From the NCBI GenBank assembly GCA_021294835.1, contig JAJTDF010000007.1:6341-70340 (forward strand): a DNA stretch of 64,000 nt. Reading direction: 5' to 3'. The position numbers were made by a program, and so were the translations under genes. The notes beneath the pieces were generated by a model. The model ran no database searches. It was given only the letters and a program-made list of their open reading frames with translations, and had not been told where the DNA came from. Positions 38,397-47,844 of this stretch are shown in pieces. Position 1 is the first letter of the stretch, and each line of letters opens with the position of its first letter. Origin of the DNA: Planctomycetaceae bacterium. Its GTDB lineage: Bacteria > Planctomycetota > Phycisphaerae > Phycisphaerales > UBA1924.

Positions 38397-41300
38397 ATGC
38401 CCGCGCCGTCCGCCCCGTTTGACGCCCCCGCGTCGGTCCATCCCGTCCGCATTCACCGCTTCGAGGTCTCGGCCAAGCCCGGGACCGCCGACCCCATCGG
38501 CGACGCCGTCGTGCGCGAGGCCGCCGGTCTGGGCCTGATGCCTGCCGCGGTGCGGGCGACCCATGTCTACCTCATTCAGGGCGGCATTTCCGACCAGCAC
38601 GCGCGCCGGATCGCCGAGGAACTGCTGGCCGACCCCGTGGTGGAGCGGGCCTGCGTGGGGGCCTCGCCGGTCGCCCCCGGCTGGCAACTGGTGGAGGTGC
38701 ACCCGCTGCCGGGCGTGATGGACCCGGTGGCCCAGTCGGTGGAACTGGCCGTGCGCGATTTGGTGGGGGCCGAGGTCAAGGTCGCCAGCGGCTGGCGGTA
38801 CGACCTTCAGGGCCTCACCGCCGATCAGGCCGGCACCCTGGCCCGCCGCCTGCTGGCCAACCCGGTCATCCAGCGCGTCACCACCCAGCCCTATCACCCG
38901 GCGGATTTTCCGCACGGCCGCAGCCACGAGCACGCCGTGGTGCACGTGCCGCTCACCGGGCTGTCCGACGACGCCCTGACCAAACTCTCCCGCGACGCCC
39001 ACCTGTTCCTCTCACTTGAAGAGATGCGGGCCATCGCCGACCACTACCGCTCGCTGGGCCGCGAGCCGACGGACGTGGAGCTGGAAACCCTCGCCCAGAC
39101 CTGGAGCGAGCACTGCGTCCACAAGACCCTCAAGAGCAAGGTGCTGTACACCCAGGGCGAACTGCCCCGCGGGCACGCCCGGCTGAACTTCGCCGGCCGC
39201 CCCGGGCACACCGTGCTGGCCGACGGCTCGGTGCAGATTGACAACCTGCTCAAGTCCACCGTCGCCGCCGCAACGTTCGAGTTGATCGCCGAGGGCGTGG
39301 ACTGGACGCTCTCGGTGTTCAAGGACAACTCCGGCGTGGTGGCCTTCGACGACAAGCACGGCGTGTGCATCAAGGTCGAGACGCACAACCGGCCCTCGGC
39401 CATCGAGCCCTACGGCGGGGCCGCCACCGGCGTGGGCGGCTGCATCCGCGACGTGATGGGCACCGGCCTGGGCGCCCGGCCCATCGCCAACACCGATGTC
39501 TTCTGCGTCGCCTTCCCCGAGGGCTTTGCCATGGGCGAGGCGGGGGCCGCCGCTGCGGTCGAGGTCAAGCCGTGGCCGCTGGGCCACCACGCCCAGGCCC
39601 AGAAACTGCCCAAGGGCGTGCTGCACCCGCGTCGCATCCTCACCCAGGTGGTCGCCGGCGTGCGCGATTATGGCAACCGCATGGGCATCCCCACCGTCAA
39701 CGGCGCTGTGAGCTTCGATGACCGCTACATCGGCAACCCGCTGGTGTTCTGCGGCTGCGTGGGCGTCATCCCGCGTTCCTGCGTCAAGGGCGAGGCCCGG
39801 CCGGGCGACCTGATCGTCGCCGTCGGCGGCCGCACCGGGCGAGACGGCGTGCACGGGGCCACATTCAGCAGCGCCGGCCTTGAGAACACCTCCGCCGACG
39901 AGTTCGCCCACGCTGTGCAGATCGGCAACGCCATCGAAGAGAAGCGCGTGCTCGATGCGCTGCTTCGCTGCCGCGACGAGGCCGTCGAAGGCCCGCTGTA
40001 CACCGCCATGACCGACTGCGGCGCCGGCGGGTTCTCCTCGGCAGTGGGGGAGATGGGCGGCAAACTGGGCGCCACCGTCAAACTCGAGGCCGCGCCGCTG
40101 AAGTACGACGGCCTGTCGTACACCGAGATCTGGATCTCCGAAGCCCAGGAACGCATGGTGCTGGCGGTTCCGCCCGCCAACGTCGACCGTCTCAAGGCCA
40201 TCTGCACCGAAGAGTCCGTCGAGATCGCCGTCCTTGGCACCTTCGGCACACCCCAGCGCGACCTGGTGCTCACCCACCGGGGCGGCGAGGTTGGCCGGCT
40301 GGCGATGGACTTCATCCACGACGGCATCCCGCAGCCCGTCCGCCAGGCCAGTTGGCCGCCGACGCCCCCGCCGCCCGCTGCGGCCGGTCCGGCCACCGCC
40401 CCCGCGGCCGTCCGCGTGCTCAGCGAGCGTGTGCACCTCAAGGACGCCCTGCTCGGCCTGCTCAGCCATCCTGAGATCGCCAGCAAGCACTGGATCATCC
40501 GCCAGTACGACCACGAGGTCCGGGCCGACACCGTCGTCAAGCCCCTGGTCGGCCCGCGCGGGCAGGGGCCCGCCGACGCCTCCGTGCTCGCCCCGGTGGC
40601 CGGCAGCAACCGGGGCATCGCCATCGGCTGCGGTTTGGCGACGCCCATCGGCGATGCGGCCTTGGGCGGCGACCCGTACTTCATGGCTCTGGCAGCCATT
40701 GATGAGGCCGTCCGCAACCTGGTGTGCGTCGGGGCCGATCCGTCCCGCATCGCCATCCTGGACAACTTCTGCTGGCCCTCCTGCTCGCGCCCGGCCAACC
40801 TGGGGGCCCTGGTGCGGGCCTGCGCCGGGTGCTATGACGGCGCCAAGGCCTACCGCACCCCGTTTGTCAGCGGAAAGGACTCGCTGAACAACCAGTTCAC
40901 CGGAGAGGACGGCCGCGTGATCGAGATCCCCTACACGCTGCTGATCACCGGCCTGGGCATGGTGACCGACGTCAACGCCGCCGTCACCAGCGACGCCAAG
41001 AAGCCCGGCAACCGCCTGCTGCTGGTCGGCGGGCTGGCCAGCCACTTCGGCCGCCTCGGCGGCAGCCGGCTGCAGCAGCGCATCGGCCTGCCCACCGGCA
41101 GCGACGCGGCCATGCCCACGCTGGACCTGACCACCGGCCCGGCCGCCGCCCGCGCCGTCGCCGCCGCCATCGCCCGCGGCTGGGTGGCCTCGGCGCACGA
41201 CGTTTCCGACGGCGGACCGCTGACCGCCGTCGCGGAGATGCTCATCGGGGCCGTCGCCCCCCCCCCCGGCAAGCCGCTGGGTGCCAAGGTGAACCTGGCC

Positions 41301-41534
41301 GGCGTGAGCAGCGACCCGCTGGCCGCCGCCTTCGGCGAGGCGCCCAGCCGCTACGTGCTGGAAGTGTCGCCGACGCACGCCGCCGCCGCCGCTGCGCACT
41401 TCGCGGCCACCGGCATCGCCTGCATCGACATCGGCGTGCTGGATGGCAGCGGTCTGCTGGCGGACGATGCGGGAGAGCTTTCGGCGGCGGCGGGCGATCT
41501 GGTCTCGGTGTGGCGCAAGCCGCTGGACTGGTAA
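38397..41534 (+). CDS. purL: Phosphoribosylformylglycinamidine synthase subunit PurL with two N-terminal PurS-like domains (PurS-PurS-PurL fusion)
   Basis: PurL motifs (TDVELETLAQTWSEHCVHKT, VFKDNSGVV, ETHNRPSAIEPY.GAATGVGG.IRD, GNRMGIPTV.G, GR.GRDG.HGATFSS) and a second AIR-synthase-like half. The first 200 aa or so contain two PurS-like units ending in LLADPVVE and LLANPVIQ. No glutaminase domain. Confidence 0.93.
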   Translation: MPAPSAPFDAPASVHPVRIHRFEVSAKPGTADPIGDAVVREAAGLGLMPAAVRATHVYLIQGGISDQHARRIAEELLADPVVERACVGASPVAPGWQLVEVHPLPGVMDPVAQSVELAVRDLVGAEVKVASGWRYDLQGLTADQAGTLARRLLANPVIQRVTTQPYHPADFPHGRSHEHAVVHVPLTGLSDDALTKLSRDAHLFLSLEEMRAIADHYRSLGREPTDVELETLAQTWSEHCVHKTLKSKVLYTQGELPRGHARLNFAGRPGHTVLADGSVQIDNLLKSTVAAATFELIAEGVDWTLSVFKDNSGVVAFDDKHGVCIKVETHNRPSAIEPYGGAATGVGGCIRDVMGTGLGARPIANTDVFCVAFPEGFAMGEAGAAAAVEVKPWPLGHHAQAQKLPKGVLHPRRILTQVVAGVRDYGNRMGIPTVNGAVSFDDRYIGNPLVFCGCVGVIPRSCVKGEARPGDLIVAVGGRTGRDGVHGATFSSAGLENTSADEFAHAVQIGNAIEEKRVLDALLRCRDEAVEGPLYTAMTDCGAGGFSSAVGEMGGKLGATVKLEAAPLKYDGLSYTEIWISEAQERMVLAVPPANVDRLKAICTEESVEIAVLGTFGTPQRDLVLTHRGGEVGRLAMDFIHDGIPQPVRQASWPPTPPPPAAAGPATAPAAVRVLSERVHLKDALLGLLSHPEIASKHWIIRQYDHEVRADTVVKPLVGPRGQGPADASVLAPVAGSNRGIAIGCGLATPIGDAALGGDPYFMALAAIDEAVRNLVCVGADPSRIAILDNFCWPSCSRPANLGALVRACAGCYDGAKAYRTPFVSGKDSLNNQFTGEDGRVIEIPYTLLITGLGMVTDVNAAVTSDAKKPGNRLLLVGGLASHFGRLGGSRLQQRIGLPTGSDAAMPTLDLTTGPAAARAVAAAIARGWVASAHDVSDGGPLTAVAEMLIGAVAPPPGKPLGAKVNLAGVSSDPLAAAFGEAPSRYVLEVSPTHAAAAAAHFAATGIACIDIGVLDGSGLLADDAGELSAAAGDLVSVWRKPLDW

Positions 41535-41657
41535 GCCGGGGGCTCGCCTGCGGCAGGTTCGAGGATCGATCAGCAAGCAAGGGCACACGATGATTTCAGG
41601 GAATAGAGCACCATTCAGCCGCCGCCGGGCCCTCCGACGGCCACACCGGGGGCAGGC

Positions 41658-43559
41658 ATGAACGAGCACACCCCAAGTCCTGCCGGACCGCTGGCGATTC
41701 CCAGCCATGTGGCTCATGCAGCCGTGCCCACGCCGCCGCCGGGCCTGCTGGTGGAGGTGGCCTGGGAGGTGTGCAACCAGGTCGGCGGCATCTATCAGGT
41801 GCTCAAGAGCAAGGCCCCGCTGATGGTCGAGCGGTGGGGCGAGCGGTATTGCATGGTGGGCCCGTGGATGGGCCACGCCTCAGCGCTGGACTTTGAGGAG
41901 ACCACGCCCACCGGCTGGATCGGCCGGGCCGTGATGGCCCTGCGGGCCGAGGGCCTGCAGGTGCGGCACGGCCGCTGGATGATCTCCGGCAAGCCCCGCA
42001 CGCTGCTGATCGAGCACTGGCAGGGGCAGCCCGCGACCAACGCGGCCAAGTTCCGCCTCTTCGCCGATCATGCGCTCAGCGTGCCCTCAGGCGACGCCCT
42101 GGTCGACGGCGTGGTCAGCTTCGCCGACGCGGTCCGCCGTGTGTTCGAGAAGCTCGCCGAGCACGCCGGCACCGGCCCCACCGGCACCGACAAGGTCAAT
42201 GGCGTCACGCCGATCATTGGGCACTTCCATGAGTGGATGGGCGGCCTGGCCATCCCCATGATCCGCCGCCAGAACCTGCCGGTGGCCTGCGTCTTTCAGA
42301 CCCACGCGACGCTGCTGGGCCGCTATCTGGCCAGCAACGACGATGCGTTCTACGACCGCCTTGCCTGGGGCACGATCGATCATGCGGGCGAGGCCAAGCG
42401 GTTCAATATCGAGTTCCAGCATCTGGTCGAACGCGCCTGCACCCACGGCGCCCACGTGATGACCACCGTCAGTACCATCACCGGCGAGGAGTGCGACGGG
42501 TTGCTGGGCCGCGCCCCGGACGTGGTGCTGCCCAATGGACTGGACATCAACCGCTACAACGTCGGGCATGAGTTCCAGACGCTGCACGCCGGGTACAAGG
42601 AGCGGATCCACCGCTTCACCATGGGGCATTTCTTCCCCAGCTACGCCTTTGACCTTGACAAGACGCTCTACTTCTTCACCTCCGGCCGCTTTGAGCCCCG
42701 CAACAAGGGCTTTGATCTCTGCCTTGAGGCGATGGCCCGGCTGAACGCCGAGCTCAAAGCCGCCAATCTGGGCATCACCGTGGTGTTCTTCATCATCACG
42801 CGAAGGCCCACCCGCAGCCTGCACCCGCAGGCGCTCCACACGCGGGGCGTGCTCAACGAGTTCCACTGGGTCTGCAACGAGATCATGAAGAACATCGGCG
42901 AGCGCTTGTTCAAGATCGGGGCAGCCGGGGCCCGCGTGAACCTTGAGGACATGATCGACGAGTACTGGCGGCTCCGCTATCGCCGTACCCAGCAGGCCAT
43001 CAAGTCCTCCGGGCTGCCCCCGGTCACCACCCACGTGATCGAGGATGACGGCGAGGACCCTGTGCTGGAGCAGATTCGCAACGTCTGGCTGTTCAACCGG
43101 CACGACGATCCGGTCAAGGTCGTCTACCACCCCGACTTCATCAACCCCACCAACCCGCTCTGGGGCATGGAGTACGACGAGTTCGTGCGGGGCTGCCACC
43201 TGGGCGTGTTCCCCTCCGCGTATGAGCCGTGGGGCTACACCCCGCTGGAGAGCGTGGCCATGGGCGTGCCGGCGGTCACCAGCGATCTGGCCGGTTTCGG
43301 CAGCTACGTCGCCGCTCAGCACCGCAACCATGACAGCCCCGGCATGTGGGTGATCCGCCGCCGGGGTCGTGAATTTCATCAGTCCGCCGCGGATCTGTGC
43401 CGCTGCATGCTGGAGTACTGCCGGATGGACCGGCGGGGCCGCATCTCGCTGCGCAACCAGGTTGAGGCGCAGAGCTGGATGTTCGACTGGTCGGTGCTCG
43501 GACACGCCTATTTCAAGGCCCACGATCTCGCTTTGGAGCGGGGCTTCGGTTATCGCTGA
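41658..43559 (+). CDS. Glycogen synthase, eukaryote-like GT3 family
   Basis: The N-terminus VEVAWEVCNQVGGIYQVLKSKAP.....WGE.YC.VGPW parallels the animal/fungal glycogen synthase start (FEVAWEVANKVGGIYTV...). FHEW, HATLLGRYL, GR.EF.NKG.D, and the C-terminal CHLGVFPSYYEPWGYTP.E-type block (here CHLGVFPSAYEPWGYTPLES). Confidence 0.85.
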   Translation: MNEHTPSPAGPLAIPSHVAHAAVPTPPPGLLVEVAWEVCNQVGGIYQVLKSKAPLMVERWGERYCMVGPWMGHASALDFEETTPTGWIGRAVMALRAEGLQVRHGRWMISGKPRTLLIEHWQGQPATNAAKFRLFADHALSVPSGDALVDGVVSFADAVRRVFEKLAEHAGTGPTGTDKVNGVTPIIGHFHEWMGGLAIPMIRRQNLPVACVFQTHATLLGRYLASNDDAFYDRLAWGTIDHAGEAKRFNIEFQHLVERACTHGAHVMTTVSTITGEECDGLLGRAPDVVLPNGLDINRYNVGHEFQTLHAGYKERIHRFTMGHFFPSYAFDLDKTLYFFTSGRFEPRNKGFDLCLEAMARLNAELKAANLGITVVFFIITRRPTRSLHPQALHTRGVLNEFHWVCNEIMKNIGERLFKIGAAGARVNLEDMIDEYWRLRYRRTQQAIKSSGLPPVTTHVIEDDGEDPVLEQIRNVWLFNRHDDPVKVVYHPDFINPTNPLWGMEYDEFVRGCHLGVFPSAYEPWGYTPLESVAMGVPAVTSDLAGFGSYVAAQHRNHDSPGMWVIRRRGREFHQSAADLCRCMLEYCRMDRRGRISLRNQVEAQSWMFDWSVLGHAYFKAHDLALERGFGYR

Positions 43560-44237
43560 ACTGCCGCCCGGCCCTCACCTGCACGCACTGCCGGGGCTGT
43601 GTCGCTCACCGGCCGATGCGAATGGGCCGCCGGATGCGAGACAGGCCGCGGGTGCTGTCAACCGGATTCGCTGCGGGCAGGCGCCGGCGGGGATGTGCAC
43701 CCGCGTGATGATGCCCGCGACCAGACCGTGCCGCCGTGGCGAACACCCAACGATGGTCGCATGGCCCAATCGTTGGGGTTGCGGTCGTTGGATTGACAGC
43801 GGACGCCCATGGGTGAACATGGTGGTCGCAGTTCGAAGACAAGCCAAAGACAAGCGGCGGCGGACCAGTGCCTGTCGGCCATCAAGTGGGCGGCCGGTGC
43901 TCCGCAACTGCAGACAGTTCCGTGAGGCTGCCGTCGGTTGTGAGAGTCGACAGTTCACGCCTGGAGCGCAGACGCGTGTCACCGGGTTCTGCATGAACAT
44001 CAACGGGGCAGTCTGGAAGCGGGTCACGGGCGGCCGGCAGTCGATTGACAGGCGTCCGCAGTAACGCATTTCGTATCCGCTGGGCCTCCTCCAACGATTC
44101 GCAACGATCACCGGTACAGGCGGATGCCGCCGCCCAAGTGGGCAGCTGGCGACTCTTTGAACATGCGGTCCGCGGGCATCTCCCACGTGCGGTGTTCATC
44201 ATGTCGGCTACGTGAGGCGTCCGCCCGCAATCGGGCT

Positions 44238-45131
44238 CTATGACCGGCCCGCCACGCACACGATAAACCCATCGTCGTCCTCCAGGTCCCCCCCGTCGCG
44301 GAGCGGCATCGCCAGATACCGCCCGTCGCTGTCCTGAGCATCCGGAAGCGTGCCGTACACCGTCGGCGTCCGCAGCCCGGCCTCGTGCATGGCATCGGTC
44401 AGTTCCGGCACGCTCCACAGCCGCCAGCGATACACAAACGCGTCCGTCCGCTCCTGCACCACCTCGCCCCCGGTCTGCACGCGAAAGTGCAAGGCGCACA
44501 CCACCCTCCCGCTCAAGGGGTCCGCCGAACGCTGCTCCCAGGTGTAGCGGATGCGATCTCGTCCCGTCTCGTCCACCGGCACCACCCGCTGCACGCTGCC
44601 CGTCCGCCAGGCTGACGGCCCGCCATAGGTGTCGCACACCATCACGCCGCCGGGGGCCAGCCTCGCCGCACACCGCTTCAGATACGCAACCAGATCGGCC
44701 CGCTGGTGAATCTCACCGATGGAAAAGTTGCCCACAAACAGCACGTCCAGACGGGCGATTCCCGGCGGTTGCACCTGCTCTGTGGGCGTGCGCAACGCAT
44801 CGCCGTGCACGATCCGCAGCCGCTCGCCGGCCCAACCGCCCAGCGCAGCCAGACGCTCCAGCGGGGCCGGGTCCAGATCCAGCGCTGTCGCCGTCGAGCC
44901 CGGCACCATGTCCAGCCAGGCGCGGCTCAGCGCCCCCGAGCCGCAGAAGTCCTCGCCCAGGTGGTGTGGTTCGCCGCCGTGGATCCCCAGCAGCAGCTTG
45001 ACCGCAGCCTGCGGGTTCTGCACGCAGCGTTCGTACAGGTCCAGGTCGGTCAGGTCATACGCCGGCGCAGCGGTTCCGCCGGACGAACGCCCAGTGGCGA
45101 CCCTTGTCTTGGCAGCGGGCTTGCGGGCCAT
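44238..45131 (-). CDS. Class I SAM-dependent methyltransferase
   Basis: Motif I LGEDFCGSGALS, followed by acidic residue ALDLD and the post-I/II pattern (IVHGDAL, LDVLFVGNFS, LAPGGVMV). Lies 24 nt downstream of the ABC-2 permease on the same strand. Confidence 0.8.
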   Translation of the reverse strand: MARKPAAKTRVATGRSSGGTAAPAYDLTDLDLYERCVQNPQAAVKLLLGIHGGEPHHLGEDFCGSGALSRAWLDMVPGSTATALDLDPAPLERLAALGGWAGERLRIVHGDALRTPTEQVQPPGIARLDVLFVGNFSIGEIHQRADLVAYLKRCAARLAPGGVMVCDTYGGPSAWRTGSVQRVVPVDETGRDRIRYTWEQRSADPLSGRVVCALHFRVQTGGEVVQERTDAFVYRWRLWSVPELTDAMHEAGLRTPTVYGTLPDAQDSDGRYLAMPLRDGGDLEDDDGFIVCVAGRS

Positions 45132-45155
45132 GGAGCGAGTTCCAGATCACCGGCA

Positions 45156-46601
45156 TCAGGCCATCCGTACCCAGCGGATCAGCGTGCGGAAATCCGGCGG
45201 CTTGCCGTACATCAGCACGCCGATGCGGAAGATCTTCGCCGCCGCCCACGCGGCGAACACCGCCGTGGCCACGCCCAGCACCACCGTTGCCGGGTACTGC
45301 CAGGTGGGAATCGGATCCGACCCGCCCAGCCGGATGACCATCACAAACGGCGACAGCCCCGGGACGAAAGACAACGCCGTCGCGAGCCCGGAGTTGGGCG
45401 CCCGGCTGATGGGCATGACCAGCAGCCAGGGCAGCATCACGATGGCCATCACCGGGGTCTGCAGCGTCTGGGCCTCGCGCATCTCGTTCACCGCCGAGCC
45501 CACCGCCGCCATCATCGAGGCGATCACGAAGAACGCCAGGAAGAAGTAGACCACCAGCCACGCCAGCTTGTACAGCGGCACCAGATCAATCGCCGCCGCC
45601 GCCACCAGCCCGGCCACCCCCAGCCCGCCGAACACGCCCAGCATCAGCATGGCCACGCACATCTGACCGACGATCTTGCCCACCATGAGCTGCATCGGTG
45701 AGACCGCCGACAGCAGCACCTCCATGACGCGTGAGCCCTTTTCCTCCACCACAGCGGTCATCAGATACGCCCCGCCGGTCATCACGCTCATCATCAGCAG
45801 GATCATGAACGCGAAGGGGATCATCAACTGCAGGGGCCCGAGGCTGGTCTTCTCGCCGTCCTTGGACAGCGAGATCGGCCGGGGCGAGGGCGTGTCCATC
45901 AGGGCGCGGATGTCGTCGGCGGTCAGGCCGCCGGCCCGCAGCCGGCTGTCGCTGGCCAGCCGCGTGTCCACGATGCCCCGGCCGATCGACCGGCGGAGGG
46001 ACTCCTGGATTTCAAAGTCCAGTTGCGGGTGCACGAACAGTTCGAACTGGCCATAGGCCAGCCGGCCCTCGGGCGTACGCGCCGGGTCGCGAACGGCGCC
46101 GGCCGGAATCACCGCCAGGGCCAGCAGCGGGGTCGGGCCCTGCTGCTCGCCGGTGGCGCGGATCTGCGCCACGGTGATCTCTTTCTTGAGCGCCTCGATG
46201 TCCGCATCCGGGCCAAAGGCCTCAGGCGTCAGGCTGGTTCGCGAGGCCTGGGCCTGCTTGGCCTGCTGCTCAACCGCCTGGGCGATCTGCTTGCTCTGCG
46301 CCTCCGGCAGGTTTAGCCGCGAGGCCTGATCGGCCGCCAGCTTGCCCACCTGCTCGGCCACATCGCCCTCGCCGGCGTTGCCGGATGAAAGCCGCTTGAG
46401 CACCGCCTCGCTGGCCGTGCCCGACGCGTCCACCACGGCGATGCGCCCCTGCACCGCCGGTGGCTTGGCCCGGGCGGCCAGCGTGCCCCCCAGGATCGCC
46501 ACGCCGATCATCACCGGCACCAGCAGCACGCCGATCAGAAAGCCCTTGGTGAACACCACCGAACGGAACTCTCGCCACGCGACCAGCAGGGTGCGTCTCA
46601 T
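45156..46601 (-). CDS. ABC-2 type transporter permease (NatB-like)
   Basis: ATG at 46601, one nt after the ATPase stop. N-terminal helix (FLIGVLLVPVMIGVAILGG), a large soluble loop, then a cluster of C-terminal hydrophobic helices. This layout is typical of ABC-2/NatB-type permeases. Confidence 0.75.
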   Translation of the reverse strand: MRRTLLVAWREFRSVVFTKGFLIGVLLVPVMIGVAILGGTLAARAKPPAVQGRIAVVDASGTASEAVLKRLSSGNAGEGDVAEQVGKLAADQASRLNLPEAQSKQIAQAVEQQAKQAQASRTSLTPEAFGPDADIEALKKEITVAQIRATGEQQGPTPLLALAVIPAGAVRDPARTPEGRLAYGQFELFVHPQLDFEIQESLRRSIGRGIVDTRLASDSRLRAGGLTADDIRALMDTPSPRPISLSKDGEKTSLGPLQLMIPFAFMILLMMSVMTGGAYLMTAVVEEKGSRVMEVLLSAVSPMQLMVGKIVGQMCVAMLMLGVFGGLGVAGLVAAAAIDLVPLYKLAWLVVYFFLAFFVIASMMAAVGSAVNEMREAQTLQTPVMAIVMLPWLLVMPISRAPNSGLATALSFVPGLSPFVMVIRLGGSDPIPTWQYPATVVLGVATAVFAAWAAAKIFRIGVLMYGKPPDFRTLIRWVRMA

Positions 46602-46602
46602 A

Positions 46603-47598
46603 TCACTCGCCTCCTTCCGCGCCGCTGTCGGCCGCCACTCCGCCCGCCGCCAGCACCGAGCGGTCCAGCCGCTCGCCGCTGGTCCGCTCCACCAGTTCGA
46701 TGAACACTTCTTCCAGCGACACCCGCTTGATCTCAATCCGCCGCAACGCCACCCGGCCCAGCGCCGCCGCCATCGCCCCCTGAGCGTCGGCCCCGTCGGG
46801 CAGCAGCAGTTCCAGCACGCCGCGAGACGAGCCTGTGCCCGCCACCGCCTGCACCTGCCCCAGGTCCGCCAGGCGGGCGGCCGCCTCGCGGGTGTCGCCC
46901 ACCGGCTCAATCAGCAGGCTGCGATTATCGTATCTCGCGGTGATCTGCTGCAACGATCCGTCGAGCACCTTCCGCCCATTGTGGATCATGAAGATCTGGT
47001 CGCACAGGCTCTCGGCCTCGAACATCGCGTGGGTGGAGAAGATGATCGTCCGCCCCTCCCGGTGCTGCTCATCGATCAGCGACCGAAGCAACTTGCGGTT
47101 CACAGGGTCCAGCCCGCTGAAAGGCTCATCCAGGATCACCATGTCCGGCTTGTGGATCACCGCCGCGATGAACTGGATCTTCTGCTGCATGCCCTTGGAG
47201 AGTTCCTCGCACTTCTTGCGATACACCTCCGGCAGGCCGACCTTCTCCAGCCACCCCCGCACCAGGTTCTCCGTAGCCGAAGCGTGCACGCCCTTCAGCC
47301 GGGCGATGTAGGTCAGGAACTCCCCGACGCGCATCTTCTTGTACACCCCGCGTTCTTCGGGCAGGTAGCCGATGCGGTCCTTGCTCTCCAGGGCGCTCTC
47401 CCGCCCCAGCACGCGGATCTGCCCGGAGTCCGGGAAGATGATCGACATCACCATGCGGATGGTGGTCGTCTTGCCGGCGCCGTTGGGGCCGATGAAGCCG
47501 CACAGGCTGCCGGTGGGAATGGTCAGATCCAGCGCTTCAACGGCCACCTTGGGGCCGAAGCGCTTGTTGACCCCGCGAATATCAATGGCCGTGGTCAT
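46603..47598 (-). CDS. ABC transporter ATP-binding protein (ABC-2/NatA-like)
   Basis: Walker A GPNGAGKTT, Q-loop IGYLPEERG, signature LSKGMQQK, Walker B MVILDEPFSGLD, H-loop STH. A C-terminal accessory domain of about 100 aa follows. Confidence 0.9.
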   Translation of the reverse strand: MTTAIDIRGVNKRFGPKVAVEALDLTIPTGSLCGFIGPNGAGKTTTIRMVMSIIFPDSGQIRVLGRESALESKDRIGYLPEERGVYKKMRVGEFLTYIARLKGVHASATENLVRGWLEKVGLPEVYRKKCEELSKGMQQKIQFIAAVIHKPDMVILDEPFSGLDPVNRKLLRSLIDEQHREGRTIIFSTHAMFEAESLCDQIFMIHNGRKVLDGSLQQITARYDNRSLLIEPVGDTREAAARLADLGQVQAVAGTGSSRGVLELLLPDGADAQGAMAAALGRVALRRIEIKRVSLEEVFIELVERTSGERLDRSVLAAGGVAADSGAEGGE

Positions 47599-47844
47599 GG
47601 TGGGCAGTGGGCGTTGAGTGTGGCGGGCAGATTGGGGTGGGCGGGCGGGTGGGAGGGTGGGGGGGTGGGGGGATGAGGGGGGAATGGCGGGATGGGGGCG
47701 AGAGCCAATGGTGGCCGGAAGTCAGGGTGGGCGGGCAACAACGAACCGACACAAAGTCACAGGGGGTCAACGGGGGCGTACGCCGGGGCAATGGTTGGCC
47801 GGTGGACGGCCCGTGTACACCGTCAGTCAACCAGACCCGAAGCC

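Noticed and set aside
39012-41876. 954-aa minus-strand ORF
   Set aside because: Antisense to purL, which shows unambiguous motifs. A shadow ORF.
43882-44202. About 106-aa minus-strand ORF starting MMNTARGRCP...
   Set aside because: Third-codon positions are mixed A/T/G/C, unlike all confident genes here. No motifs, and an Arg/Cys/Pro-rich composition. Treated as non-coding, or at most a decayed remnant.
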